This document shows positions 34,529-43,588 of a DNA stretch of 64,000 bases, in pieces. Numbering within the stretch: position 1 is the stretch's first letter; each line of letters opens with the position of its first letter. The notes below the pieces were generated by a model. The model was not told the DNA's origin, did not search any database, and saw nothing but the letters and a program-made list of their open reading frames with translations. Where the stretch lies: the NCBI GenBank assembly GCA_046153705.1, contig JBJXGK010000076.1:1247-65246 (forward strand), written 5' to 3'. The DNA is from Gemmatimonadaceae bacterium. GTDB lineage: Bacteria > Gemmatimonadota > Gemmatimonadetes > Gemmatimonadales > Gemmatimonadaceae. The translations under genes and the position numbers were made by a program.

Positions 34529-36541
34529 TCAGAACTCCTTCCGCGTCTCCTCCATCGCATCTGCCGCTCGCTGCACGTCGCGGGCGATGGCGCGCATCTC
34601 CTGCGTCCCCGCTCCGCTGTCGGCGAGTCGCGACTCCAGACCCGAACTGCGCAGGCGCATGAGGTCGAGCTTCATCGACTCGAGCACCAACAGCGCGTTC
34701 TCCAGCTGGTGCGCGAGCGCACTCCGTCGCTCTCCCAACTCCCCGAGCGTGCGTTCCTGCCGCTGGAGGAGTTCGAGCCGCCGTTCGCGTTCCGGCGCGT
34801 CGGCCGGCAGCGCCTCCACCTCGGCCACGCGGGCTCGCAACTTCACCACGACATCGGGCGAGGTCTCGCTGTCGAGCGAGTGCAGCGCGCCCGCGAGCGT
34901 GCGCACCCGTTCGACCAACGACTCCACCGTGGGCGCGATGTCGGGTAGCAGAGCCTTCTCGCTCTCCGGTAGGCGCTCAAGCACCGCGCGGATCTGCGCG
35001 TGTGCCGCGAACGCATCACGGAGCTTCGAGCCGTGCGGCCCCTGCAGGATCTCCCGCGGCACGTTGTCGAGCAGGCGTTCCACGGCGGTCGCGGTGGAGG
35101 CGAGCGCTCCGGAGGAGAGGCGCGGCGCCGGCGCACCCGAAGAGAGCCCTGCCGAGCGATCGGGGCGGCGGAAGACCGCGCGGAGTGGGATGCCGTCCGC
35201 CCACAGGTCGCTCAACCGCTTGAAGATCCCGAGGCTCATGCCGAGCGCCGGGAAGATGACCCAGGGGAACTGCGGCGAGAACATGAGGTTGATCACCGCG
35301 AGGAATCCCACGGTGCCCACCGTGCCGACGATCCGCCGCCGCACCCCGGCGATGCGCTCCTCGGGCGTGCGACGCGCGAGTTCGTACTCCTGCATCGCGA
35401 CGGCCGCCTCACGCAGCGCCAGCGGCGGTCCGGCCGAGGCCCCTACGCGGACCTGATCGCGCCAGCGCCGCTGTTCGTCGCGCCACCGCCGGAGGACCTC
35501 GCGGCCATGCTCGCGCGTGGTGGGATCGAACATCCAGTCGCGTGGCAACGGCGGGAACGGCGGCGCCGGCAGCGGCGTGTCACGCTGCAGGCGCTCGATC
35601 GCGTCGATCTCCTCGCTGCGGTGTCCTTTGATGGTCCCGACGGTCGCGGGGTGGCTGTGTCGCGGCGTGGGCCGAGAGGCAGCAAGCGCGACGATGGGCG
35701 CATCCACCGCCACGGCCGCCGCGAACGCCGCAGCATCCGCCCAGCGCTCGTCGCGACCCTTCGCGAGCGCACGGTCGATCGCCTGCACGAGGTTCTGCGG
35801 CAGGTCCGGACGCAACTGTGCGAGCGGACGAGGCCGCTCGCTGAGGTGCTTCATGAGCATCGCCGGCGTGTTGGTCGCCTGGAACGGCAACTCCCCGGCC
35901 AGCATCTGGTACCCCACGATGCCGAGCGCGTAGATGTCGGCGCGCCCGTCGACCTCGCGCTCGCCCATGGCCTGCTCGGGGCTCATGTACGCCGGCGTGC
36001 CCACTGCGATCCCGGTGACGGTCAACCGCTGGTCACCCTCGGCGGCGCGCGCGATGCCGAAGTCCGTCACCACAGCGCGGCCCGAGGCCCCGTCGAGCAG
36101 GATGTTGTCGGGCTTGATGTCCCGGTGCACGACGCCGTGCTGATGCGCGTAGTGCAGCGCGTCGGCGACTTCGGTGAGGATGCGGCGGACGTACTCGACC
36201 GGCGGGCGCGGCTCGCGCGCGAGCCGCGAGGCGAGTGATTCGCCCTCGACGAGGCCCATCGCGAAGTAGACGAGTCCATCCGACTCATCCACCGAGTAGA
36301 TCGGCACGATGTGCGGATGCGAGAGCCGCGCCGACATCTCTGCCTCGCGGAGGAAGCGCGACTTCACTTCCTGCCGGAACGCGAGCTCCGGCGGCAGCAC
36401 CTTCAGCGCGACCTTGCGACGGAGCCGCGTGTCGCGCGCGCGATACACGACGGCCATCCCGCCGCGCCCGATCTCCGCTTCGATCTCGTAGAGGCCGGCG
36501 ACGGCGGTGGCGCAGCGCTCGCGGAGCGCGTCCTCAGCCAC
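34529..36541 (-). CDS. Hanks-type Ser/Thr kinase with a 2TM hairpin and C-terminal coiled coil (copy 2)
   Basis: IGRGGMAVVY, VALK, HRDIKPDN, DFG and GTPAYMSPEQ; two TM helices, then heptad repeats. Start is GTG 36541 or ATG 36574. Confidence 0.92.
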   Translation of the reverse strand: MAEDALRERCATAVAGLYEIEAEIGRGGMAVVYRARDTRLRRKVALKVLPPELAFRQEVKSRFLREAEMSARLSHPHIVPIYSVDESDGLVYFAMGLVEGESLASRLAREPRPPVEYVRRILTEVADALHYAHQHGVVHRDIKPDNILLDGASGRAVVTDFGIARAAEGDQRLTVTGIAVGTPAYMSPEQAMGEREVDGRADIYALGIVGYQMLAGELPFQATNTPAMLMKHLSERPRPLAQLRPDLPQNLVQAIDRALAKGRDERWADAAAFAAAVAVDAPIVALAASRPTPRHSHPATVGTIKGHRSEEIDAIERLQRDTPLPAPPFPPLPRDWMFDPTTREHGREVLRRWRDEQRRWRDQVRVGASAGPPLALREAAVAMQEYELARRTPEERIAGVRRRIVGTVGTVGFLAVINLMFSPQFPWVIFPALGMSLGIFKRLSDLWADGIPLRAVFRRPDRSAGLSSGAPAPRLSSGALASTATAVERLLDNVPREILQGPHGSKLRDAFAAHAQIRAVLERLPESEKALLPDIAPTVESLVERVRTLAGALHSLDSETSPDVVVKLRARVAEVEALPADAPERERRLELLQRQERTLGELGERRSALAHQLENALLVLESMKLDLMRLRSSGLESRLADSGAGTQEMRAIARDVQRAADAMEETRKEF

Positions 36542-38441
36542 GAGCGGCGGGGCGCCCGATGCGTGCCATCTCATCGCCGACGTACACGGCACTGTCGACA
36601 TCACGCGCGAGCTGCATCGCCTGTTCGGCGACCGAGGTGACACGCTGCCAGCTCTCGGTGCCGGCCTTCAGGCGCAGCACATCGAGCTTCATGTTCTTGA
36701 GCGCGATCGAACACTCGTCGAGCTTGGCGGCGTACTCGCCGCGCTTGCGCTGCGCCTCGGCGACGCCACGCCGGCTGCGCTTGAGGATCGCGAGGCGGCG
36801 GACCCGCGACTCGCTCGCAGCCGTATCCAGTGGATTCGCCTGCGACTCCAGCACGGCGATCTCCTTGTCGATCGCTTCCGCGCTCGTCGTACCGACCTCA
36901 CGGTCGACGAGCAGGAGCGCGTTCGTGATCGCGACGATGGTCTCGTACAAGCGGCGTGCGCTCGGCACCACCTCGGGGAGCCGGTCTCGTTCCGCCTTGG
37001 GCAGCTCGTTCACGAGGCGCGTGATCTCCTCGCGGTCCACACGCGCTTGCCGCACCACCACCGCGTGCGGTCCACTCGCCGCCGCGACCTGCTCCGCCGC
37101 ATCCGCACCGGGGATCGGCACACTGCCGGTACCGGAGCTCAAGCGCCGGCGCCGCGTGCGCTCGCGCACCTCGGCACGCTTGGCGGGATCCCAGATCGCC
37201 TTCGCGTCGTCGATCGTCTCCGCTGCGACGTCGACGATCATGCGGTCGCGCGGCTGCTTGAACACGTCGCGCCAGTCGTAGCCGTCACTCCAGAGCTTCG
37301 CGTACTTGTACGCGATGCTGATGGCCCAGAACGCGGAGACGAACAGGAGATTCGGTCCACCGATGAAATCGACGATGATGAACGCGAACGACACGAAGAG
37401 GAACGGCGAGAGATTGCGGCGGAACTCCACCACGCTCTTCTCGTTCCAGCGGACCATCTCCTCCGGCGTCGGTTCGCTCTCGCTCACGTAGCCGCCGCCC
37501 ATGACGGGCGCCGGCTGCCAACTCGGTGCCGCTTGCGGGTACGCCGAGCCGGCGCGGCTGGGCAGATTGGGTACCTGCCCCGTCTCCAGCGCGCGCACGA
37601 AATCCCTGGCGCTCGCGAAGCGGTCCTTGGGATTCTTCTCGAGGCAGAGCATCACCGCGCGCGCGAGGTCCGGCGGGACGCTGGCTCGCTGTTCGATCGG
37701 CGTCGGCCGCTCGCTCAGATGCTTCACGAGGAGCGCCGGCGTGCTCGTCGCGTTGAACGGCAGGTCGCCGCAGAGCATCTGATACGCGACGATGCCGAGC
37801 GAGTACAGATCCGTGCGGCCGTCGATGTCGCGATCACCCGCGGACTGCTCGGGGCTCATGAACGCCGGCGTGCCGATGGCGATGCCGGTGCCCGTGAGCT
37901 TCTGTTCGGCGCCCTCGCTGACGGCACGGGCGATGCCGAAGTCGGTCACCATCGCGCGGCCGGTCTGTGCATCGAGCAGGATGTTGTCAGGCTTGATGTC
38001 GCGGTGCACGGTGTTCTGCGAGTGCGCATACGCGAGGGCATCGCCCACCTCGCGCAGGATGCGCCGCGCGTCGTCCGGCGCGATCGGCCCCTGCCGCTGG
38101 ATGCGCGTGCCGAGGTTCTCGCCTTCGACGAGCGCCATCACGAAGTACACGAGGCCTTCGCGTTCATCGACCGAATAGATCGGGACGATATGCGGATGCG
38201 ACAGCTGGGCGGCCATCTCCGCCTCGCGCAGGAAGCGCTGGCGGATCTCCGAGCGGAACGCGAGCTCGGGCGGCAGGAGCTTGATGGCGACCGGTCGCTT
38301 GAGACGTTTGTCGCGTCCCTTGTACACGATCCCCATGCCCCCGCGGCCGATCTCCTTCTCGACCTCGTATTGGGTCTCGAGCACACGCATGACGTGCGAG
38401 CGCAGCTCGGCGTCCGATTGACTGATCGGGATGTCGCTCAC
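36534..38441 (-). CDS. Hanks-type Ser/Thr kinase with a 2TM hairpin and C-terminal coiled coil (copy 1)
   Basis: IGRGGMGIVY, VAIK, HRDIKPDN, DFG and GTPAFMSPEQ; two TM helices, then heptad repeats. Confidence 0.93.
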   Translation of the reverse strand: MSDIPISQSDAELRSHVMRVLETQYEVEKEIGRGGMGIVYKGRDKRLKRPVAIKLLPPELAFRSEIRQRFLREAEMAAQLSHPHIVPIYSVDEREGLVYFVMALVEGENLGTRIQRQGPIAPDDARRILREVGDALAYAHSQNTVHRDIKPDNILLDAQTGRAMVTDFGIARAVSEGAEQKLTGTGIAIGTPAFMSPEQSAGDRDIDGRTDLYSLGIVAYQMLCGDLPFNATSTPALLVKHLSERPTPIEQRASVPPDLARAVMLCLEKNPKDRFASARDFVRALETGQVPNLPSRAGSAYPQAAPSWQPAPVMGGGYVSESEPTPEEMVRWNEKSVVEFRRNLSPFLFVSFAFIIVDFIGGPNLLFVSAFWAISIAYKYAKLWSDGYDWRDVFKQPRDRMIVDVAAETIDDAKAIWDPAKRAEVRERTRRRRLSSGTGSVPIPGADAAEQVAAASGPHAVVVRQARVDREEITRLVNELPKAERDRLPEVVPSARRLYETIVAITNALLLVDREVGTTSAEAIDKEIAVLESQANPLDTAASESRVRRLAILKRSRRGVAEAQRKRGEYAAKLDECSIALKNMKLDVLRLKAGTESWQRVTSVAEQAMQLARDVDSAVYVGDEMARIGRPAARG

Positions 38442-38670
38442 TAGGGGATCTTGAGGGTGGCGGACTGGACAAGGATATCACCTTGCACGACGTCGCACCA
38501 CATAGGAACCGAGGTCCGACTGTCGCCGCCTTGGCAGTCACTACGTCAGGCCGACGGTGGAAAGTTGCAATCCCCGCCACTATGTCGTAAGTCAGGGCGG
38601 AACGCTCCTTGCCCCCTTTCGGGACGTATCCGCACGTCCATCCTGAGCCCCGAACGGACTCCAATACCCC

Positions 38671-41232
38671 ATGAGCACGCGTCAGACCCTTCCGGTCCTC
38701 CCCCTGCGGGGAACGGTCATCTTCCCAGGCCTCACCGCGCCCATCGCGGCCGGGCGACCGGGAACCCTGCGTGCCATCGAGTCGGCATTGAAGGGCGACC
38801 GCCTCGTCTTCGCCGTCGCGCAGCGCGACAACGCCGAGGAGCCCGCGCCGGAGATCCTCTACTCGATGGGTGTCATCGCCCGCATCGGCCAGATCCAGCG
38901 CGGGCTGGGTGGCGTGCAGCTCTTGTTGCACGGCGAACAGCGCGCGACCTCGCTCCAATACACGACCACCGAAGGCTTTCTCTCCGCCGTCGTCATGCCG
39001 GTGGAGGAGATGTCACCGCTTGACGACCGCGACGCCGCGTTCACCGCCCTCCACAAGGAGATCCGCGAGCGTGCCGCCGAACTCGGCGAGCGCCGCGGCC
39101 TGCCCGAGGAAGTCGTGCACCAGGTCCTCGACTCGGTCACCGAACCGGGCAAGTTCTCGGACCTCGTGGCCGGCTACATCGAACTCTCGGTGCCGGAGAA
39201 GCAGGGGCTGCTCGAGACGCTCTCGGTCGAGGAGCGCCTGCGCAAGGTGCTGGTCCACGTACAGCGACAGATCTCGCTCCTCGAAGCCCAGGAGGAGATC
39301 AAGTCGCAGGTGCAGGAGGAACTCGGCGAGCGTCAGCGCGAGATGTTCCTCCGCGAGCAGATGAAGGCCATCCAGAAGGAGCTCGGGGACGACGATCAGT
39401 CGAAGGAGATCGATGAGCTCCGCGAGAAGCTCAACAAGCTCACGCTCCCGAAGGAGGCGCGCACCGAGGTGGAGCGCGAGCTCGGGCGGTTGGAGCGCGC
39501 CGGTCGCGAGTCGATGGAAGCGCAGGTCATCCGAACGTACCTCGAGTGGATCGCCGAGTTGCCGTGGGACAAGCGCTCCGACGACCAGCTCGACCTGAAG
39601 CACGCCATCACCGTCCTCGACGACGATCACTACGGCCTGAAGGACGTGAAGGACCGAGTACTCGAGTTCCTGGCGGTACGTCAGCTCCGGGCGCAGCAGC
39701 TCTCGGAGGAGATGGACCGCACGGGCGAGTTCCCGGTGGCGAAGCTCAAGGAGCCCAAGGAGGACGCGACGGCCACCGCCGCGCCCAAGAAGTCGAACAG
39801 CGACGACAAGGACCGCGCCATCACCGACAAGCGTGAGGCCAAGGCGCGTGCCATGGCCAAGGGGCCGATCCTGCTCTTCACGGGTCCGCCGGGCGTGGGC
39901 AAGACGTCCATCGCCAAGTCCATCGCCCGCTCACTCGGGCGCGAGTACGTGCGCGTCGCCCTCGGCGGCGCGCGCGACGAAGCGGACATCCGCGGCCATC
40001 GACGGACCTACGTGGGTGCGATGCCCGGTCGCATCATCCAGGGGATGAAGCAGGCCGGTACCAAGAATCCTGTCTTCCTGCTCGACGAGGTGGACAAGCT
40101 CGGGTCGTCGTTCCAGGGCGATCCGTCGAGCGCGTTGCTGGAAGTGCTCGACCCCGCGCAGAACGATTCGTTCACCGACCACTACCTGGGTGTGCCGTAC
40201 GACCTGAGCGAGGTGTTGTTCATCGCCACCGCGAACTTCATCCAGAACATCCCCGGCCCGCTGCTCGATCGCATGGAGGTCGTGGAGTTCGCCGGCTACA
40301 CCGAGCGCGAGAAGGCGGAGATCGCCAAGAAATACCTGATCCCGCGCCAGCTCGAGGAGAACGGGCTCGGCGGCAAGGCGATCTCGTTCACCGATGAAGC
40401 CATCGCATCGCTGGTGACCAAGTACACCCGCGAGAGCGGCGTGCGGCAGTTGGAGCGCGAGGTGGGCAAGGTGGCGCGCAAGGTGGCGCGTCGCATCGCC
40501 ACCAAGAGCGGCGAGGACCCCTCAGCGGACGGCGTGCTCACGGCCGAAGAGGTGCGCGAACTCCTCGGTCGGCCCAAGGTACACCCCGAGAAGGCCAACA
40601 TCGCGCATGAAGTGGGCATCGCCACCGGCATGTACTACACGCCGATGGGCGGTGACATCATGTTCGTCGAAGCATCGGTGCGCCCGCTCACCACGCCGAA
40701 CCCGTCCGATGGCAATGGCGGAGGCGCGCCGGTCGCGCTCATCCTCACCGGGCAGCTCGGTGACGTGATGAAGGAGTCGGCGCGTGCGGCGTTCACCTAT
40801 GTCACGAAGAACGCCGAACGCTTGGGCATCCCGCGGTCACGCCTCGGTACGGTGGAGACGCACATCCATGTGCCGGCTGGCGCGATTCCCAAGGACGGAC
40901 CTTCGGCAGGTGTGGCCATCTCGACCGCGTTGGCCAGCGAGTTGAGCGGACGGCCCGTGCGCAAGGACATCGCGATGACCGGCGAGATCACCCTGCGCGG
41001 ACGGGTGCTGCCCATCGGGGGCGTAAAGGAGAAGGTCCTCGGCGCGCTCCGGGCCGGCATCACCGATGTCATCCTGCCGAAGGACAACGAGGCGGATGTG
41101 GAGGACGTGCCGGACGAAGCGCGGGGCAAGCTGCGATTCCACTTCGTCGAGTCGCTCGAGGAGGTGCTGGTCTTGGCTCTCCTCCCGGAGCCGACGAAGG
41201 CCAGCGGGGAACCTCTGGCCGTGGTGGCGTAA
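38671..41232 (+). CDS. lon: ATP-dependent Lon protease
   Basis: N-terminal LPVLPLR, GPPGVGKT, LLDEVDK, KDGPSAG (catalytic Ser) and PIGGVKEK (catalytic Lys). Confidence 0.97.
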   Translation: MSTRQTLPVLPLRGTVIFPGLTAPIAAGRPGTLRAIESALKGDRLVFAVAQRDNAEEPAPEILYSMGVIARIGQIQRGLGGVQLLLHGEQRATSLQYTTTEGFLSAVVMPVEEMSPLDDRDAAFTALHKEIRERAAELGERRGLPEEVVHQVLDSVTEPGKFSDLVAGYIELSVPEKQGLLETLSVEERLRKVLVHVQRQISLLEAQEEIKSQVQEELGERQREMFLREQMKAIQKELGDDDQSKEIDELREKLNKLTLPKEARTEVERELGRLERAGRESMEAQVIRTYLEWIAELPWDKRSDDQLDLKHAITVLDDDHYGLKDVKDRVLEFLAVRQLRAQQLSEEMDRTGEFPVAKLKEPKEDATATAAPKKSNSDDKDRAITDKREAKARAMAKGPILLFTGPPGVGKTSIAKSIARSLGREYVRVALGGARDEADIRGHRRTYVGAMPGRIIQGMKQAGTKNPVFLLDEVDKLGSSFQGDPSSALLEVLDPAQNDSFTDHYLGVPYDLSEVLFIATANFIQNIPGPLLDRMEVVEFAGYTEREKAEIAKKYLIPRQLEENGLGGKAISFTDEAIASLVTKYTRESGVRQLEREVGKVARKVARRIATKSGEDPSADGVLTAEEVRELLGRPKVHPEKANIAHEVGIATGMYYTPMGGDIMFVEASVRPLTTPNPSDGNGGGAPVALILTGQLGDVMKESARAAFTYVTKNAERLGIPRSRLGTVETHIHVPAGAIPKDGPSAGVAISTALASELSGRPVRKDIAMTGEITLRGRVLPIGGVKEKVLGALRAGITDVILPKDNEADVEDVPDEARGKLRFHFVESLEEVLVLALLPEPTKASGEPLAVVA

Positions 41233-41235
41233 TAT

Positions 41236-41263
41236 TCGGGGGGCGCCGCGTGGCGCCCCCCGA
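41236..41263 (+). terminator. Perfect 12-bp GC stem-loop after lon (terminator-like, no clear U-tract)
   Basis: TCGGGGGGCGCC-GCGT-GGCGCCCCCCGA. Confidence 0.6.
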
Positions 41264-41286
41264 CCCCATTCTGACCGAGATCGCCT

Positions 41287-42093
41287 TTGTCCACTCGTTT
41301 GTTACGCCTTCCCGCCCTCACCATCAGCGCGGTGCTGCTCGGCGCCGTCAGCAGCCCGCTCACGGCGCAGTCCGACCGCGTGACGGTCCAGGTGACCGAT
41401 GTCCGCGGCAATGCCATCCCATTCGCGTTCGTGCAGATCGTCAACGGTGCGATTCGCGTCGCCGACGATTCCGGTCGAGCCGTGTTCAACGTCAAGACGA
41501 AGGACTCGCTGAACATCCAGGCCCGTCGCATCGGCTTCGAGCCGTTCACCGGCTGGGTGAAGAAGAAGGCGGACTCCCCGTATTTCATCGCGGATCTCAT
41601 CCCGCTCGCGCGCACCCTCGACCCGGTGAACGTGCGCGGTCGCCGGGATACGCCGCTCGCACGCACCGGCTTCTACGATCGCGTGGAGCGCGTGCAGAAG
41701 GGAGCATTCTCGGCGCGGATGATCACGCCCGAGGAGCTCGACCTACGCAATCCGTTCATGCTCACGCACGTGCTCGCCGGGGACAACCTCGTCAAGGTCA
41801 CGCCGATGAGCGGCAAGCAGATCCTGATGGGACGCGGTATCAACTGTGCGATGACCATCCTGCTCGACGGCCAGCGCTTGTCGGGGACGTTGGAGGAGGC
41901 CGTGGGGAACCCCAACCCCCCGCCGATCTCATCCCTCGCCGCGATCGACGAGCTGATCACCGCGCCCTCGGTGATGGCGATCGAGATCTACGGCAGCGCC
42001 GCTGCGGTCCCGGTCGAGCTGCAGCGGGTCGCTGGGGCTCGGATGGCGCAGGGCTGCGGGTTGATCGCGATCTGGACGGGGTCGAGGCGCTAG
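41287..42093 (+). CDS. Secreted protein with a carboxypeptidase-regulatory-like domain and a TonB-plug-like domain; no beta-barrel
   Basis: Signal peptide; VTDVRGNAIPFA...ARRIGF; GFYDR..R...ITPEEL; IEIYGSAAAVP...CGLIAIWT. Confidence 0.75.
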   Translation: MSTRLLRLPALTISAVLLGAVSSPLTAQSDRVTVQVTDVRGNAIPFAFVQIVNGAIRVADDSGRAVFNVKTKDSLNIQARRIGFEPFTGWVKKKADSPYFIADLIPLARTLDPVNVRGRRDTPLARTGFYDRVERVQKGAFSARMITPEELDLRNPFMLTHVLAGDNLVKVTPMSGKQILMGRGINCAMTILLDGQRLSGTLEEAVGNPNPPPISSLAAIDELITAPSVMAIEIYGSAAAVPVELQRVAGARMAQGCGLIAIWTGSRR

Positions 42094-42102
42094 CGGCCGC
42101 CC

Positions 42103-43086
42103 TCAGCGCGGCAGGCGCCGCACGACGCCGCTTGGGTCGACACTGAAGCGCGGCCGCGTCGGCTCGGGCAGCGCCACCCCGGACGCCATATCGTCGTCGG
42201 CGCGGAGCTCTCGCATGGCCGTCACCGTCGGAACGGTGTACGCGTCGGCGGCGCCGACGTCGACGACATACCCCATATCCGCGAGGTTCTGGAGGGTCAT
42301 CTTCGACAGCGGGTTCGTCGCGCCGGCGTAGCCGGTCATGAGCTCGGTCTGGAAGACGCTCTCCTTCCAATGCGAGTTCCGCGTGCCCACGCCGCAGGTC
42401 ACCGACGGGCTGAGGTCAAGGCAGTTCTCCGCCGGTACCGCATTGCCGGTGCACACCGAGCCACCGGCGTGGTCGGTCACACACGCCGCGACGGCAAGCG
42501 GTCCCGTCACCCGGACGCTCGGAGTCGAGGAATCCGCGAGGATCCCCTTGGACTGCCACAACGTTCCCACGCCAACGACGTGCAGCATCTCGTGCAGCAC
42601 GACGGCGCCCAAACGGCCGTTGTTCGACAAGTTCTGCAGGTCCGCCGAATCGAATCGCATGACGCCGAGCGCGGTGTGGCCCGTGATCGTTCGTGTGAGG
42701 CACGGCCCCGCAGAGCCGAGTACCTGGCCCACGCCATCGATCGCCTCGACCTTCACATAGATCACGAGGTCATCGAACACCTGATTCACCGGCTCCGCTT
42801 CGTCGAACGTCGTGGCGGGCTCGACACAGGCCGAGACCTCGAACGGTGTGCTCGTGGTCCCGACGCGGACCGACGACAGGTCGCCGGTGATAGCGCTTTG
42901 GATCCGCGACGCGGCGCTGGTGAACGACTGCACGATCGCCGGAGCCGGTGTCGCACCGACATAGACGATCTGGATCTGGAAGCCCGGTACGTCCACGACC
43001 GGGACAACGGGCCCCTCGGACCCGCCGCCGCAGGAGAGCAGCGCGACCGAAAGCAGGAGGACGGAAAGGCGGCGGGGTATCGACAC
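42103..43086 (-). CDS. Leishmanolysin-like (peptidase M8) zinc metalloprotease, lipoprotein
   Basis: Lipobox LLSC; IDGVGQVLGSAGPC, VLHEMLHVVG (HExxH), SHW and ELMTGY. Confidence 0.85.
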   Translation of the reverse strand: MSIPRRLSVLLLSVALLSCGGGSEGPVVPVVDVPGFQIQIVYVGATPAPAIVQSFTSAASRIQSAITGDLSSVRVGTTSTPFEVSACVEPATTFDEAEPVNQVFDDLVIYVKVEAIDGVGQVLGSAGPCLTRTITGHTALGVMRFDSADLQNLSNNGRLGAVVLHEMLHVVGVGTLWQSKGILADSSTPSVRVTGPLAVAACVTDHAGGSVCTGNAVPAENCLDLSPSVTCGVGTRNSHWKESVFQTELMTGYAGATNPLSKMTLQNLADMGYVVDVGAADAYTVPTVTAMRELRADDDMASGVALPEPTRPRFSVDPSGVVRRLPR

Positions 43087-43132
43087 GGGGACTCAGGCGA
43101 GAGGGAGAGGCACGGCGCGCAATCGCTTGCGC

Positions 43133-43501
43133 TCAGGGCTTTTTCGTCTTGATCGGAGTGATGTTTCCCTTCTCGTCGACCGTGCCGATGGGCCCGAACG
43201 CCGAGTCGCGACCGATGATGCCGCCCGGAGCGGTCGCCTTCGTGGATGCTCCGGCTTTGCTCGCGGCCATGGTGCCAGGCTGGCTGGCGGCCTTCGTGGC
43301 GGTGTCGGGCGCCGGTGAGGATGGCGCACCCGGCGACGGTGGCATGGAGTCCGGACGCGCCGAGTCGGTCGGACTCGACGAAGCCCCGGAGGACGTCGGG
43401 ACCGCCGACGCGGAGTCGGCACCGGCGCCTGCCGCCGGCTTCGATTTCGAACCGCACGCCGCGAGCGCAAGCGTCGCAGACAACAGCATGACGAACCGCA
43501 T
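43133..43501 (-). CDS. Low-complexity Ser/Ala/Pro-rich lipoprotein
   Basis: GGAGG RBS; MRFVMLLSATLALAAC lipobox; disordered middle; short C-terminal GIIGRDSAFGP segment. Confidence 0.75.
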   Translation of the reverse strand: MRFVMLLSATLALAACGSKSKPAAGAGADSASAVPTSSGASSSPTDSARPDSMPPSPGAPSSPAPDTATKAASQPGTMAASKAGASTKATAPGGIIGRDSAFGPIGTVDEKGNITPIKTKKP

Positions 43502-43588
43502 GACCGACCTCCTCGGGGACAGACCTCGCACCACGAAAACTAGCCTCTATATGGCGAGTGACAGGGGACCTACGTCACAGTTGTACCG

